A stretch of DNA of 64,000 bases, taken from contig NW_024704742.1 in the NCBI RefSeq assembly GCF_018977255.1, positions 36,644,001 through 36,708,000 of the forward strand. The letters are read 5' to 3'. Both the position numbers and the translations under genes were made by a program. The stretch is from Callorhinchus milii. Its lineage: Eukaryota. Of this stretch, positions 36,130-49,134 are shown piece by piece (within the stretch, counting starts at the first letter, position 1; every line of letters starts with the position of its first letter). The notes under the pieces are model-generated. The model searched no databases. It had not been told where the DNA came from and saw nothing but the letters and a program-made list of their open reading frames with translations.

Positions 36130-36760
36130 TACAGTCAAACCTGTTATCAGTAACCATTCAAGGCACTGGACCAAAGTGACCTTAATGTAAGGGTGGGCCT
36201 TCGAGTAAGAGTTTGTGGGTTCATTGACTGGACCTGAAAATTTTAAAAGAAATTCTGTGGGTCAAAATTTTTCAGGGGCCCATATGTAGACTCCCGCTAA
36301 ACTCCAAGCACATTTAACAATGCTGCCTCACCAGAGAGGCAGGAAGCTGTGGATAGCATATGGGTTGCTCAGCGGATGTCGGTAAATGTGTTTGGAGTCT
36401 AACGGGAGTCTACATGCGGGCCTGTGGAAATTGGTAATGCATTACCAGTAAGTACACTTAAATTGACTTAGAACTGGCCTCTGAAAAGGGTGTCTGTGCA
36501 CCGAAAAGACTAAAATAGAGTGGCCATTGGTTCCATTAGACAGGTGGTTGTTGAATAGAGGTGGTTTATTATGGAAAATCATCGGGTCAATTCACCACAT
36601 TTAATACTGCTCCAAATTGCAGACAAGGTCCATTTGAAGTTCACTTGGAATGAGAGCTCAGAATAAACTTCACTTTTTTTTAACTGCGAGTGGCGTAGCT
36701 GTTGACAGCGGGTGGTTGCTGAATACAGGTAGTTGCTTCGTTGAGATTTCAGATTTTCAG
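36130..36760. mobile_element. Degenerate Tc1/mariner-type MITE with nested insert
   Basis: TA|cagtcaaacctg start; recurring ggtggttg(t/c)tgaata(g/c)aggt subterminal motifs at ~36543 and ~36711; right end uncertain. Confidence 0.5.
36266..36432. mobile_element. Palindromic MITE
   Basis: Arm ggcccatatgtagactcccgctaaactccaagcacattta pairs with taaatgtgtttggagtctaacgggagtctacatgcgggcc. Confidence 0.8.
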
Positions 36761-37247
36761 ATGCTTAACCGTTTCAGATTTTTAACAGAAGAATGCAAAA
36801 TTGCATGTCTTGCACAAATCCTGCATAACGCTATAAAGGAAGTAATGAATACAATGTTTATTTCTGCTTGTGAAGGACACACTCCTTCACCACTTGTAAG
36901 TTATGTGCTGTCCTTCACTAGTGAAATAAACATTGTGTTCAATAACTTCCTATAGAATATCCTCTGTGTGTTGTTTTATGGTGTGGTGGAGTATTGCAGT
37001 AATTTTTTAGCCCAACAGCCCACTGGCAGTTAAAAAATGATTAGTAGATTTATGGATTTTCTTTTCCCTGTGTTTACCTACAGGCCTCAGAGCTGCTCCA
37101 GATGTATACATTTATTAGGTGCTCACTCTATGGCTTCTTTTGTTTAACCCACTGTGCAGTATGTTTATTCTGAGCTCTCATTCCAAGTGAACTTCAAATG
37201 GACCTTGTCTGAAACTTGGAGCAGTATTAAATGTGGTTAATTGACCC
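36584..37247. repeat. 85-bp inverted repeat (82/85 identical) with 494-bp spacer
   Basis: 36584-36668 versus the reverse complement of 37163-37247, three mismatches by manual alignment. Confidence 0.93.
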
Positions 37248-38024
37248 TGAAGGATGATTGTTAAGATCAACTTCATATATAAAAAATCAGCAAAGAGAGA
37301 AGCCACAGGCCCATGTAAATCAACTGTAAATGTTCCCCTTTATGTAAGAGTATTTCTTCCTTTTTGTAAGTTATTTTCTGATTGTTCATCTTCAAAGTTC
37401 AGAAGACAATCAGGTGACTTGCTCAGAAACCTCCAAAGTGCATATTGAAAGCAGCCCTCAGGAAAGGAGTAAGCGTACTATGGGGTGATTTTCTGTTTGT
37501 TCCCAAAGCACTTGGTGCTTGGTGCATCTCCACAGAAAGTGACTAAGATTAGAAACTGAGTAGTTATAGGGCACCTGGGGCCCAAACGTACATGTTATTA
37601 CTCCAGTTCTCCAAGGTTCTGTTCTAACTCACCATTTGAAAATATTTCTTAGTCATTTTACAGTACTTTTAGTCCAGCTATGTAAGCTAAACAACATGGA
37701 GTTGTGGAATAGGAGTTAGTTGGTGTTTGCTTCTCTGATTACAGAAGTGATTTTGAATCTGCAATGATGCTCGACTTAATGGTGAGTGTTAGGACTAGTC
37801 CACTGATGAAAATTTTACCTAACCAAATATAAGCCAGACGGAATCTGCCTTTAAATTCAGCCTGTTGCGCACACTATACAGAAACCAAATATTTAATTTC
37901 CATAGAGGTGAAAATATAGATGGGGAAAAATCTCAAGAACATATGGTTCTGTTGGATTTCGTTTCCATTCTGTTCTTTATCTGCTTATTTAGTTTGTGTC
38001 CCACTTTAAAGTGTATATTCTGGG

Positions 38025-38205
38025 GAAGCAGGAAGTATTGATTCTTTCAAACACAGATTAGATAGTTTTCCTTTAGGAAATAATATTTTGGGATATAGTA
38101 CATTGGTAGTTTGGGACATATGGTACATGCGACCACCAGGAAAGTGGAAGGCAAACTAGATGGACTTTGGTCTTTTTTCATCTAGTATTTCTTACGTTCT
38201 TATGT
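38025..38205 (+). mobile_element. CR1 3' end
   Basis: Matches 16130-16310 (ggaagcag...ttagatag...tagatggactttggtctt...cttatgttct). Confidence 0.85.
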
Positions 38206-38494
38206 TCTTCTATTTAGTTCAGTAGACTTTCTGTTCCAAAAATAAAAAAACATATACTATGCTCTAATTGAATATCAATATTCAATTTTGCACACCCATT
38301 GAAATACGGTGAGAGCTTTAATTGATATTTTCTTTGTGGATGTATTCAAGGACAGGTTTTGTAGGTTGTTGTTCATGAAGTTTTAATGTTGCAATTTTCT
38401 CTCCTGCATATAATGTTGGCAACAACCATAAGTGAACATTGACATCGACCAGCCATCTGTAGATTCAACAAAAATCCTATAGTTTGCAAGCAAT

Positions 38495-38815
38495 GTTCAC
38501 AAGATCACAAGATATTTGGATGAAAAAGGCCCTTTGCTCTGTATGATCTCATGCAATATGAATGTTGCCCATAACCATTAGAGATTTGAGTTTTATCTTA
38601 AATGAGTCCAACATCCTGACTTCAACCACTCTTCATGGCAACCTTCCCAACTGTGTAAACGATCGTTTCCTGGGTCTATCCTAAAATTTCCATTCACAAC
38701 CTTGAACCTATGCCCTTTTTTCCTTTTTGCTTTGGCACATCGGAAAGTATTGTTCTAGATTTATTTTCTTTACTCCATTTAGTATCATGTACACCTCTAT
38801 AAGGTCGCCTTTCTG
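38495..38815 (-). mobile_element. CR1 3' fragment
   Basis: cacaagatcacaagat tail; caaccactcttcatggcaa; tcatgtacacctctataaggtcgcct (RGDLIEVY on minus). Confidence 0.8.
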
Positions 38816-39059
38816 AGGCTGAGCTTATTCAGTAAATAGTTGAGCTAATCAGACTGAATAATTATACTGTTCTGAATTTTGTTAAAGGTCAGAAATTTTC
38901 AGCATAACAAAGCACAGCAAAGAATTAGAATTTGATATTAAGAGCTATCTCTTCAACTGTGCTTTCCTCCACCTTTTTCCTTAGCTTGAGTTCCCAGTTA
39001 GTTGTGTGAAGCACTTAGAGATAGCCTTCCATTGTGAACCATAGCACAGTTTCTAAGAG

Positions 39060-39132
39060 TGTGTTCAAGTGCCCTGGGATGCTACCCTGTGTGAGAGGCG
39101 CTATATAAATGCAAGTTGTTGTCGTCGTCGTC
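39060..39132 (+). mobile_element. L2 tail
   Basis: ccctgggatgctaccctgtgtgagaggcgctatataaatgcaagttgtt. Confidence 0.85.
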
Positions 39133-40569
39133 AAGACCGATTTGGGACTGAGCATCCTCTCTCCTCTCATAGAGGCAGAAAAGATCAGTTGTATATTCAT
39201 CTTGAGTATTTTATTCGTGAAGTTTATCTGAATATCCTCATGTGTTTACATGCCTGATGGACTTTGCAATGAAAATTTCATTTGTTTCCGGTTAGAATGA
39301 AATAATGATTAATTCTGCTTGCCTTGCAAACTGGTTACATGTAAGATTCATTGTGTTGAATCCTTAAGTCCCATCGGGGTATTATTACTGACAGCCACAG
39401 AAATAAGCGAATTCTCATAGTTAAGCAAAAACAGGTCCTTTTGCTGGCATCAAAGGAAGCATCTTTGCTGTGTTGGAAAAAAAAATGATCTTCGGGCAGC
39501 CTTTTGGTAACTGAAGTGCACATCAAATAAAATAATGGTCTTTTTAATCAGCATGCAGTGGAACCTACATTTCTGATATGATGACCATATAAGTATTTCA
39601 GTCCATAGCAAACAAATTGTATGATCAAAACTAGTTATCACATATCTGTGTGTCTTCCCATGTAAGCAAGCATCTGGCTTTAAGTACAACATAGGTCAGC
39701 AAACATCTGAGTGTGGGGTTGTTTGAAATTCTTTACGACTTGGAAGAAAACAAATATTTTTAAAATTAATTGCTCCCTTGAAATAAATTGTTCCCTTGCG
39801 GAAATAAATTTGAAACCTGCAAAACTGAGCAGGTCACAAGGCTATAATAAGCTCGAGGGTTTTTTCTTGTAATGTGACCATTAGAGCAAAGCGCTCATGT
39901 TATCATCAGAATGTTGAGATTGTATTACAGCCCATAACTCACTCCAACACAACATTTGTTTCATGTAATATATAGACACACAGATTGCTTTTTTTCATCA
40001 GTATCTGGTAAAAATGTAATCTGAGATGGTCTGGTCTACAGCCACAAAAGTGCACTTAGATTGATGCAAATGCTATTCTTCCCTTGGAGTTAACACAAAA
40101 TAAGATCATTCACTAAGCTTGCAATCCGGGATAGTCACCACCAAGCATTTTCAGGTGAGGTTCCTCCATGTTAGACCGCAGCGCAAAAGATTCAGCACTG
40201 CAGTCCATTATCACATTTTCTTCTCACACCACTGCCAATGACCTTGTTGAAGACTGCTCCGATGAAAACAGAACAAAGCATACTCGATTACTCAGACCAA
40301 AATGATTCATCGCCACTAGTAATCAACCAGAATCACGCCTGCCCACTTGAAAACAAAATGATCCATGGTAAAATTTTAGTACAACCATTTTTCAGGAATA
40401 AATATACAGCCTAATTTATAAGGTAGAGGTTTTACATGGTGACATTAGTCATGATTAAGGAATTTCATCTTTCCAATAACAACCATAACTTGTCACCATG
40501 CCAATCATTTCCTGTGTTTATGTTTTTGGAAGGTCTGCAATGCAAAGTATATTTGTATTTAAGTTTAAG

Positions 40570-41635
40570 TGTTAGTTAGTAGCACTCCCGCCTCTGAGTC
40601 AGAAGATTGTGGGTTCAAACCCACGTGAGGACTTGGAACTCATATAGTTTATGCTAACACTTGAATGCTGTGCTGTATTTTTGGAGGTACCGTCCTTCAG
40701 ATGAGATGTTATACTGAGGTCCCTTCTGCTTTGTCACGGTTACCCTATTCTTGCAGTCTTTTGTAATGTGTAAATCATATGTATATATAACTACATAATA
40801 TTATTTAAGCGAAATGGGGAGACCTGCCCCTTTAAACCCTCGCATTTGCATCATACGGTGGGCAGAAACACACTCATATATAAAGCAATGCTCGGCGCTC
40901 CTCGTGGTTGCTATCTAATGGTCATCATCCGATACGTACTGACATGTTCAGGACTATTGTACAGTCAGGTTGTTTTAATATTTATTTACTAATGTAGTAT
41001 TATGCTGCCAGTTGTTATATCAATGTGTGATTGTTATATTTGCTCCCATTGTTGTATATGTTAAATTGTTGTGTTCCTTATATGCAAGTTAGCCTAGGGT
41101 TGCTAGGTTTTAATAAAGAGCTGTTGTTTCTACCGAATGTATCCCCGGTAATTGTCAAGATCGGAGGTCTACTAGTGTGAGCAGACTCCGATTAGGCATA
41201 TCCAGTTACTGGGTATTGGGGTTAACTGGGAATACTTTCTGTGTGTGTCTCTGACTTGGTTGAGTCACCTTTGAAATAAGACCTCACACCGACAGGGTTA
41301 AGAGAGAAGCAGAAGTAGTACGAACGTGAAAATAAAATTTGTATGTACATCAAGGGATGAGAACTGTTGCAGCTTGTTCATGTGGACATTAAAGATCCCA
41401 TGGCACACTTGAATAAAGAGAAGGGAGTTTCTCTGTCCTGGTGTCTTGACCAACAATCCCCCAATAAAATTGGACATTCACTCCATAGCTGTTTGAGGGA
41501 CTTTACTGTGTGCAAATTAGTTGCCATATTCGCCCACAAAACACATAATCACTCTATTTCACAATATATCCTGTGAAGCTCTTTGTGACATCCTTCTGAC
41601 ATGAAAGACGCTATATCAAATGCAAGAATTATAAT
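40570..41635 (+). mobile_element. Deu-domain SINE (family B) split by an LTR insertion
   Basis: Head and core at 40570-40731 (gcctctgagtcagaag...cccttctgctt), resuming at 41372 (gcttgttcatgtggacattaaagatccca) through the tail. Confidence 0.9.
40732..41371 (+). mobile_element. Solo LTR (640 bp)
   Basis: TG...CA termini, 4-bp TSD gctt on both sides, clean interruption of a SINE core, TATA-like tatataaag ~40877 and AATAAA ~41112. Confidence 0.85.
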
Positions 41636-44294
41636 TTTATATATATTTTTTAAAGTGACCGATCTCCTCTTTGACATGTCTGAAGGCTTGTCCTGGCTTG
41701 TCTTACATGAATGAATGCTTTATCTTGGCCACTCACTGAGAGCCCACAGAGAGTTGGCCAGTGGATGTTGCAGCCTGGTGAGTGGCTCAGTGGGAAGACA
41801 AATGTGGAGTGGTTGGATGAAATATAAAACGTGAACTGAACCAGTAAAGAAAATTAAAATATTTGAGGATTAATCCACGCAATAACTGCTGTGGTGATTT
41901 TCTGCTCCATTCCCCTTTGAAGTACACCATTTCTCCACCACTTTCCTTTTATTGTTTCATTTGCAGCACAAAGTTGTCCTGAATTGAATCACTTCTTCAC
42001 AGGTATGCACAGTATTTTCAGCCTTTATTTTGTAATTTAAACTGTGAAAAATTACCCATCCTTAGGGAAACAGGTCAGAGCTCACAAAGTGTAATCTAAT
42101 GCCTGAACAGTTATTAATATCTCTTTCAGCCCATGCATTCCTTGAAGACAAAAGTTGCATGCAGACACGTTTGATATTATTTCACCTTGTGGAGTTTATA
42201 AGCATCAGGTGACATGGATTTTCAATTTCCTGCAATATGTGACTTTTCCAATCTTCTCTACTTTAATCTATTCCTGTAATTCATATAGTGATTTGTGCAG
42301 GAATAACAAAGAAGTATTACAGCAGTTCAGTTGCTACTCTGCACTTTACCTGGGACAATTGCTTCCTGCTATTTGAACCCTATGTGTTACAGCTGAAATA
42401 GCGAAAGATAATTAAACTTAGGTTAACCTTTTTGGTCTTACCAAATTTATGTCACCATTACTGATGAGATTGCAGCTGAACAAATATTAAACTCTTACCC
42501 TTGCTTTTTAAAGGGGTAAATAGACTTGGTCAATAATATCAAACATAATAATAAAAATGTGGTTATACCAAAATATTCTGAATTTACCTTCTCCGAATGT
42601 CACTGTTTTCTTGTTGACCTTTTAAAATGTTTGATATAATAATGAGGTGGGAATGAATGGTTAAATAGTAGAATGTGCAATTTCCATCAATGGGCCATTA
42701 TTTTTTACCATTCATGCAGATTCATTGTCATAACTAATATATATATATGAATATCTCACAGGTGATAAAGCTTCATTGTCCAAACAAATCACTATTATGA
42801 TTAAAAATTATGAAAATCTGAACTTGGCTGAATCCTGGTTCTCTTCTGGCAATAAAATTGAGCATCTCCAGGGCTATAAAATGACAATTTTTATTTATTA
42901 TATTTTCCTTTTTCTTAATTTTTTCTTCATTATTTTTGTTTTCATTTCCCTTCCATGAGAGTTTATGTGCACCAGTTTCCTGTTCTCTCTCTCTTTCTGC
43001 CCATATATTAGTGTGATTTTAACTCCTGGATCTCAGCACTCCGAACAGTTAAATGAATGTGGAGTTTTCTGGAGTGTGGATATGCAGTTAAGTTACTTAA
43101 CATGGGTTTCTACAGATTAATTATGAAATTGATGACCATATCTAAGGGTGATAGAGCTCACGGTATAATAAAGGGCAAAACCAGGGATTGCCTAACTGGA
43201 TAGAACACAAAGGTAAAATAAAAGGTAAAAACATTCAGACTGTGCCAATTTCTGGATCCAAAGATTAGTGATGCCTGGGTATCCTTCATGATTGGTAATG
43301 TCCCAATGCATTCAGTAAATTGATCTGCCATTGCTTCAGCGTCACTGAATACTCATCACTCTATTTAATAATGGGTACAGAGATTAATTTTTGAGTATAA
43401 AATGGATATGTGTATTGGAGCAGAGACAAACTTAGTATTTTAGCTGTGGTACTCTATGTATCTGGGAATCACTGACTGAGACTGAAATTATGTTGGAGAA
43501 AATGACTTAATGGGTCACCCATAGGATGAAATATAATTAAGGCTTCTATTTTGGGGGTTTATTAATTAAATTTTATTTTTTAGTAGTTTTCGAGTGTTTA
43601 TAAATCGGGGTTTAGAGTAATGGAAGCTTAACTTCAAGGATAAGTCTTAAGGCTCACTGTTACTGTAATGAGAAGACCCTTTATGCACACAAAGGAGAGA
43701 GAGATGCCCTCACACCTCACACATGTGCAGGGCCTCCCTCCTCTCGCATAGAAACCCTTCACCACACATGCCTATGCACAGAGGAGAGTCAGAGACTGAG
43801 AATAACGCATGCGCAGTTGGCACACCAGGGCTCTGCCAAGAGAGTGGGATAGAGAAAAAACCTCACTTTTGAACTGAGTAGCCATTTCTGGTGTTTTTTC
43901 ACGGTGTTATTGGATAAACACCAATTTCATTTTATTTTGGAATTGGGAGTGTTTTATCTGTATTTATCGGTTAAAACTGCAAGTCTGAAAAATCTAATTA
44001 TAATTAATATTACTGTTAACAAAAAAAGTGTATTGAATATCAAATAGCTCTGATTTCAGGAAGATCTCAAAATGAAACAGACTGACCTGTGGGTGCCTGA
44101 GTCTGCTTGCTGCTTGAACCTTGCCTTCGATTGGTCAATGGTCAGGCGAGACACGAAAATAATCAATGACTTCCTGTTCCTGATCTTTCCAGGAATGGAG
44201 ACAAGCTTTTCAAACTATTGTTCTTTGCTTATACTAGTGTTACTTTGTTATAGCAATAGTGCCAAAAGCAAAATCATATAGAGATGGAGCTAAC

Positions 44295-44712
44295 TTTGCA
44301 GTCAAAACCCTCGTGCATGTGTTTGTCCCCTCGTGCTTGGATTACTCCAACGCACTCCTCGCCGGTCTCCCCAGCTCCACTGTTCACAAGATCTAGCTCA
44401 TTCAGAACTTTGCTGCCCACATACTGACCCGGACCAACTCTGTACCCACATCTCACCAGTTCTGGCCAGGCTCCACTGGTTCCCCATTACCAAACAGATC
44501 AACTTCAAGATCCTCACTCTCGTGTTCAAATCCATTTACTTCCTGGCACCTCCCTACCTCTCCAACCTTCTGACTCCCCAATCCACTACTTGGCACCTCC
44601 ATCTGCCTTCTTTGACCATGCTTACAGCCACCTCCACCCAACCTCCAGTTCGGAGTCAGGCTCCACCACTGTTAAGCAGACGGTACCCTGCGTGGAAGTT
44701 GTTGTTGCTGTT
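44295..44712 (+). mobile_element. L2 3' part, internally deleted
   Basis: THISPVLARLHWFPITKQINFKILTLVFKS; 3' UTR cggagtcaggctccaccactgttaagc. Confidence 0.92.
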
Positions 44713-45851
44713 GTTTCGTGGCGATATTTGCTTCCCTATTTACTTTTAAGCTCTTCATTCTGCAGAAGGTATTAATCTACAGTAGTAAACACAATAATGA
44801 GAATAGTAGAGATCTGAGAGTGATTACTGGGAAATAATTGAATTGAGGCATTCATAAATTAATAACATTTATTATCTTTAGCACACCTCGGAGATCAAAC
44901 AAATACACTGAAGTCTCTCCCTGGTATCTGTTATTTGTAATATTTCTTGTAGTATATATCATTGTTTTGTGTAGCTCTTTTTCCTGGTGAATTATAATAA
45001 TATTTATTAAGCTGAAAGAAGTTGTTAGTGAAAATACTATCAGTGTGTAGTATGCATTTCAACTGTGCTGACTTTCATTCAAGCAGGTTAATAATGATTA
45101 AATCATTTTTTTTTTCCCCCATTCTTTCTTCTATCTTTCACCCAGTTTTACCACTTCAGCTTTGTTTTCCCCTTTATTTGGCCATCCAACCTAACCCTAG
45201 AAAAAAACTTTTGAATCACTTTACTTACTCATTTTCCTCTTGTTTCTGAATTCAACCATGCAATTTTGGAGATGGAAGCCAAATACAAAGTATAGACATT
45301 GCTTCACTAAAAACATGCTGCAAAGTCTGATGTTTCAGCCAATATAGACCAGTAGTTCAAATAGTGATCTAGTCATGTCATAAACCAGATTGGTATTGTC
45401 ACATTCGCTGAGTTTGCTATTTCATCAGCAACCAAGGTTAATTCATTGGTAGTGAAGCAAGATTAAAGTGATCAACCAGATGGACTTACATTGAGAAAAA
45501 TTGACTTTGCAAATCTTAGAATTACCAGCTATTACGCAAGACCATGGAATTCAAGGTCAGCCTGCAGTCTGCTGAATTCCATCATTGTGGAGAAGCAATA
45601 AGGAATCACAGATGCCTTCATGGAGGGAGGCCCGTCTATGCAGACTAGTTACACATATGGCCTTGTTGGCTCCAGAGTGCCATTCACAGCAGGTCACCTT
45701 TCCACTCATCCTAACAGGTCCTGCATGGCCAGTGGATACAAATGAAGAAGTTGGAGGGTGACATATATGTTTCAAGCAAATTAGCATAGGTTGCATCGCA
45801 GATACTCTTGCCCAGCCCAATATATCGGAGAAATAAATCTCACACTGTGGT

Positions 45852-46135
45852 ATAAATAATAATAATCCTTACATTTGATATAGCGCCTTATCACTTCATT
45901 GAGACGTCTCAAAGCGCTTCACAAAATATACTGTAAAGTTTAGTGACTGTATATTTTGTGGGTGAAACATGGCACAGCTGTGTCCCACAAACTGTTGTAT
46001 AAATAATAATATACCTTACATTCGGTATGGTACCTTTCATATCAGGAGGACATCTCAAAGTGCTTTGCAGGGTATACTGTAAAGAGGGGTGACTGTGTGT
46101 TTTGTGAGTGAACGACAATGCATGGCCCAGTTTTG
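45852..46135 (-). mobile_element. Two tandem SINE 3' halves
   Basis: Two consecutive aataat..ttacatt...aaag(c/t)gctt...atactgtaaag tails (45852-45997, ~46000-46135). Confidence 0.85.
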
Positions 46136-48228
46136 CTATGGTTAACCAAACCAGCAAAGAACTTTTGTTTAGTATTAAATAAATCTTAGTACTCCATGTT
46201 GTGCCCTGCACGGATGTGCTGTAAGGTTTTTATAAAATAAACAAGGGACAAAAACTGAGAGGAAAACTGATTGTTCTAGAGCTGAACCACACTGAGGATG
46301 AGCAGACCAAGCAGACCAGAACCCTATCTCTCACACTTCATACCAGCTGTGCAGTTATCTTATACAACTCCACTGTTGTGACATTTTATCTTCTCTATTA
46401 CATTCTGAACATCCACTACAGTCAACTTGCAGATATCCCTTCACATAAATAAACTTTTAAATAGCTTATTTTTCCTGTTGCGGATATAGCTGAAAACCAC
46501 ATCAGCCTTTACAGATAACATTAACTATTAATATTAACAGATAACACGTTCGCCAAAACAATTTCTCCATTTTGTTAACTGTTTCTCACATTATCTGATG
46601 TTATCACAGCCGCACACAGTGTAGCAGTCAATCCTTTCAGACCTCCATGCAAGCGTCCTCTTCTTGTTTAACAAGAAATCATTCTCAAGACGCTGAATAG
46701 CAATGCCAGCCCTGGGTAAGATGGTGTTTAATTTTGACTTGCCCTTACTTTAATATAGCATTACTATTGGAGAGTTATACTGGCTCCTCAACTATTATTG
46801 TCCAACTACAGTAGTCGAAGAGCATTGTTAACAAAGCACAGTGATGAAAAATGGGTCAGAATCAGGTATTTCCTTTTTAATTTAAAAAAAGACTGACAAA
46901 GGAGTTTAGTGAATGCCCTTCTTGCAGGGATACTTTCTCTCTCTGTGGAGTGTGAAAGGCTAGAGAACAGCTGCTGCAGGGAAGGCCATGGTTTAGAGTT
47001 TCAAACTTGTCGGAATATGCATTTGGAATATCCAGTGCAGTACAGAGAAACATATGGGATTGCAGTAAAGTAAGAGCATGCCTCACAAACCGACTATTGT
47101 CAAAATCAGTTTGAGTCTGGAGTTCATTTCTGCAGAGTTAAAGCCACAGAGGTAGGTTGTTCCTGCTTATACAAAATGTCTTTTTACTGTTCCTATTGCT
47201 AGTCATTCCTTTGTTCACAGTAGAAATGTTCAGTATTATACTGTCCTAAGGTAAACTTTGCAAAATCCAGCATCACAACTGAAGGATTGGTTTAATTCTG
47301 GCTTAAGAACAAGCAGATGTCTACTGGCTTTTAATATATGAAATATGTATATATGCAATCTAAATATTGAAATAATACTTGCATTGAAGTTTGTTTTAAT
47401 GTCATTTCACAAGTTCTTTTTATCCTCTTTCACTGTACTTAAATACTATCACAAATGTTGTGCCTTAATTAATGTAACAGTGGAACGTGTACGATAATTT
47501 GTGGTATAAAATGTTCATTAAGACCAGCTGTCTGGATCATTTGTATGTATCTTACAACCGTATGTGTTGCTGTTTTGTTGTTGTTATCACAAAGGGTAAT
47601 TGCCTACAGATGGGTAATCTACTTGCCTTAACATAGATATATAAATTGTCATTTGCTTCAATGGGAAGTTCCAAACTCTGGCATGTTTCTGGACTCCGGG
47701 GCCTTATACCACCAGCAAGGAGAGGATTGTAATTATTCTACATTTTAATATTTATTTGTTAGTTAAATGTATAACAAGCAGAGCTGGAGGAGTCACATTA
47801 CTGTAGCCAGCGTGGGTTGAATCAGACAAGCTCATTCTGATTCAATTCAGGTTATGCTGTTCCAGATGATTGACTCTATGGAGAGATTTGCAGAACTATG
47901 TCGCATTCATTCCAGTATAACCTTCCCGTTCCGGTAGTTGGTAGAAATCAGTATCTGTAACATGAGAGCTGGGTATGGAACAATGTGAAAATGACTGCTA
48001 CATTGCACCAGGCGTAAACAATAAAAATAAGTTATGTAAGTAAATCCTACAAGTATTTTTGTGGGATTTTGATATCAGACAAAGGCATTTTTAAAGTTGC
48101 TGCAGAAATGCATACTGACCCTACTGTGTGACGGATTTTATGAATACAGTCAGCCTGCTTATAAACACTTCACTGACACTTAAGCACGCTCACTGTACAG
48201 TTCAAACACTGGAGAGCAGTGAAAAATA

Positions 48229-48305
48229 CATAGAATCATAGAATCGTACAGCACAAAAAGAGGTCATTCGGCCCATCGAGTTTGTGCCGGCTCTTTGAAT
48301 AGAGA
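48229..48305 (-). mobile_element. CR1-type 3' tail
   Basis: catagaatcatagaat repeats plus gaggtcattcggcccatcg. Confidence 0.85.
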
Positions 48306-49134
48306 TGGTGTACCTAGAAAATGCCTAGTCAAAGACACTACTTGAACTCAGAAATGCAGTAAATAATATCTTACCATAAAAGATTCTTATTAAAAATATA
48401 TATCTTTTAGCAGAATGGGTAACACTGTGATTATATTTTTGGGTGACATGGGAGATGCTCTCAGCCACCAGATCCCTGTTAAAGTAAATTCAATACACAT
48501 AATTGCCCTGAGTTCTGCACTGACATGACGACAGATCAGCAATCTGCTTCAGTAATGTCCAAAAGATGAGCGAGTGGAAATGTCTGACTTGTACAGCAGG
48601 GAGTTGTACGAGGGTGATACAGGAGATTTGTGCTTGTTCTTCACTTGTAAGTGGAGTGGCTGCTGCTTTGAAATTTAAATAGGTCATTGCTGCTCTTCAT
48701 CACCAGTTGGCAGCTTATTCCCTCATCACTGAATTCTCCTGGGGAAAAAATATTCAGAAATAATATAATATTTAACATTCAATGATCTGTTAAATAGAGG
48801 GGAGAAACTTTCCTCCTGGAATCTATCCTCTTCCCTTTCATTAACTCCAAATGCACATTCCCTCAAATCAATACTTGCTAAAAAGATTCTGATTTCCTGT
48901 TAGATATTGAGCCTTCTCTTTGGGTGTAATTGCAGCCTGACATCATTTACCCCAGTTGTCTGCTCTCAAGAGGAGAGAGAAGAGACAATCGTGGAGAAAA
49001 TCATCCAGCTTAGAGTGAGAGCTCGCTGTGTAAATAGCGTTGGTGCACTGTTTTACTGTGGCACTGTGTCATATCAAGTCAGGCATCTGCATTTGTGTGC
49101 TAAACTTCTAAGCAATTAAGCTAAGGTATCACAC

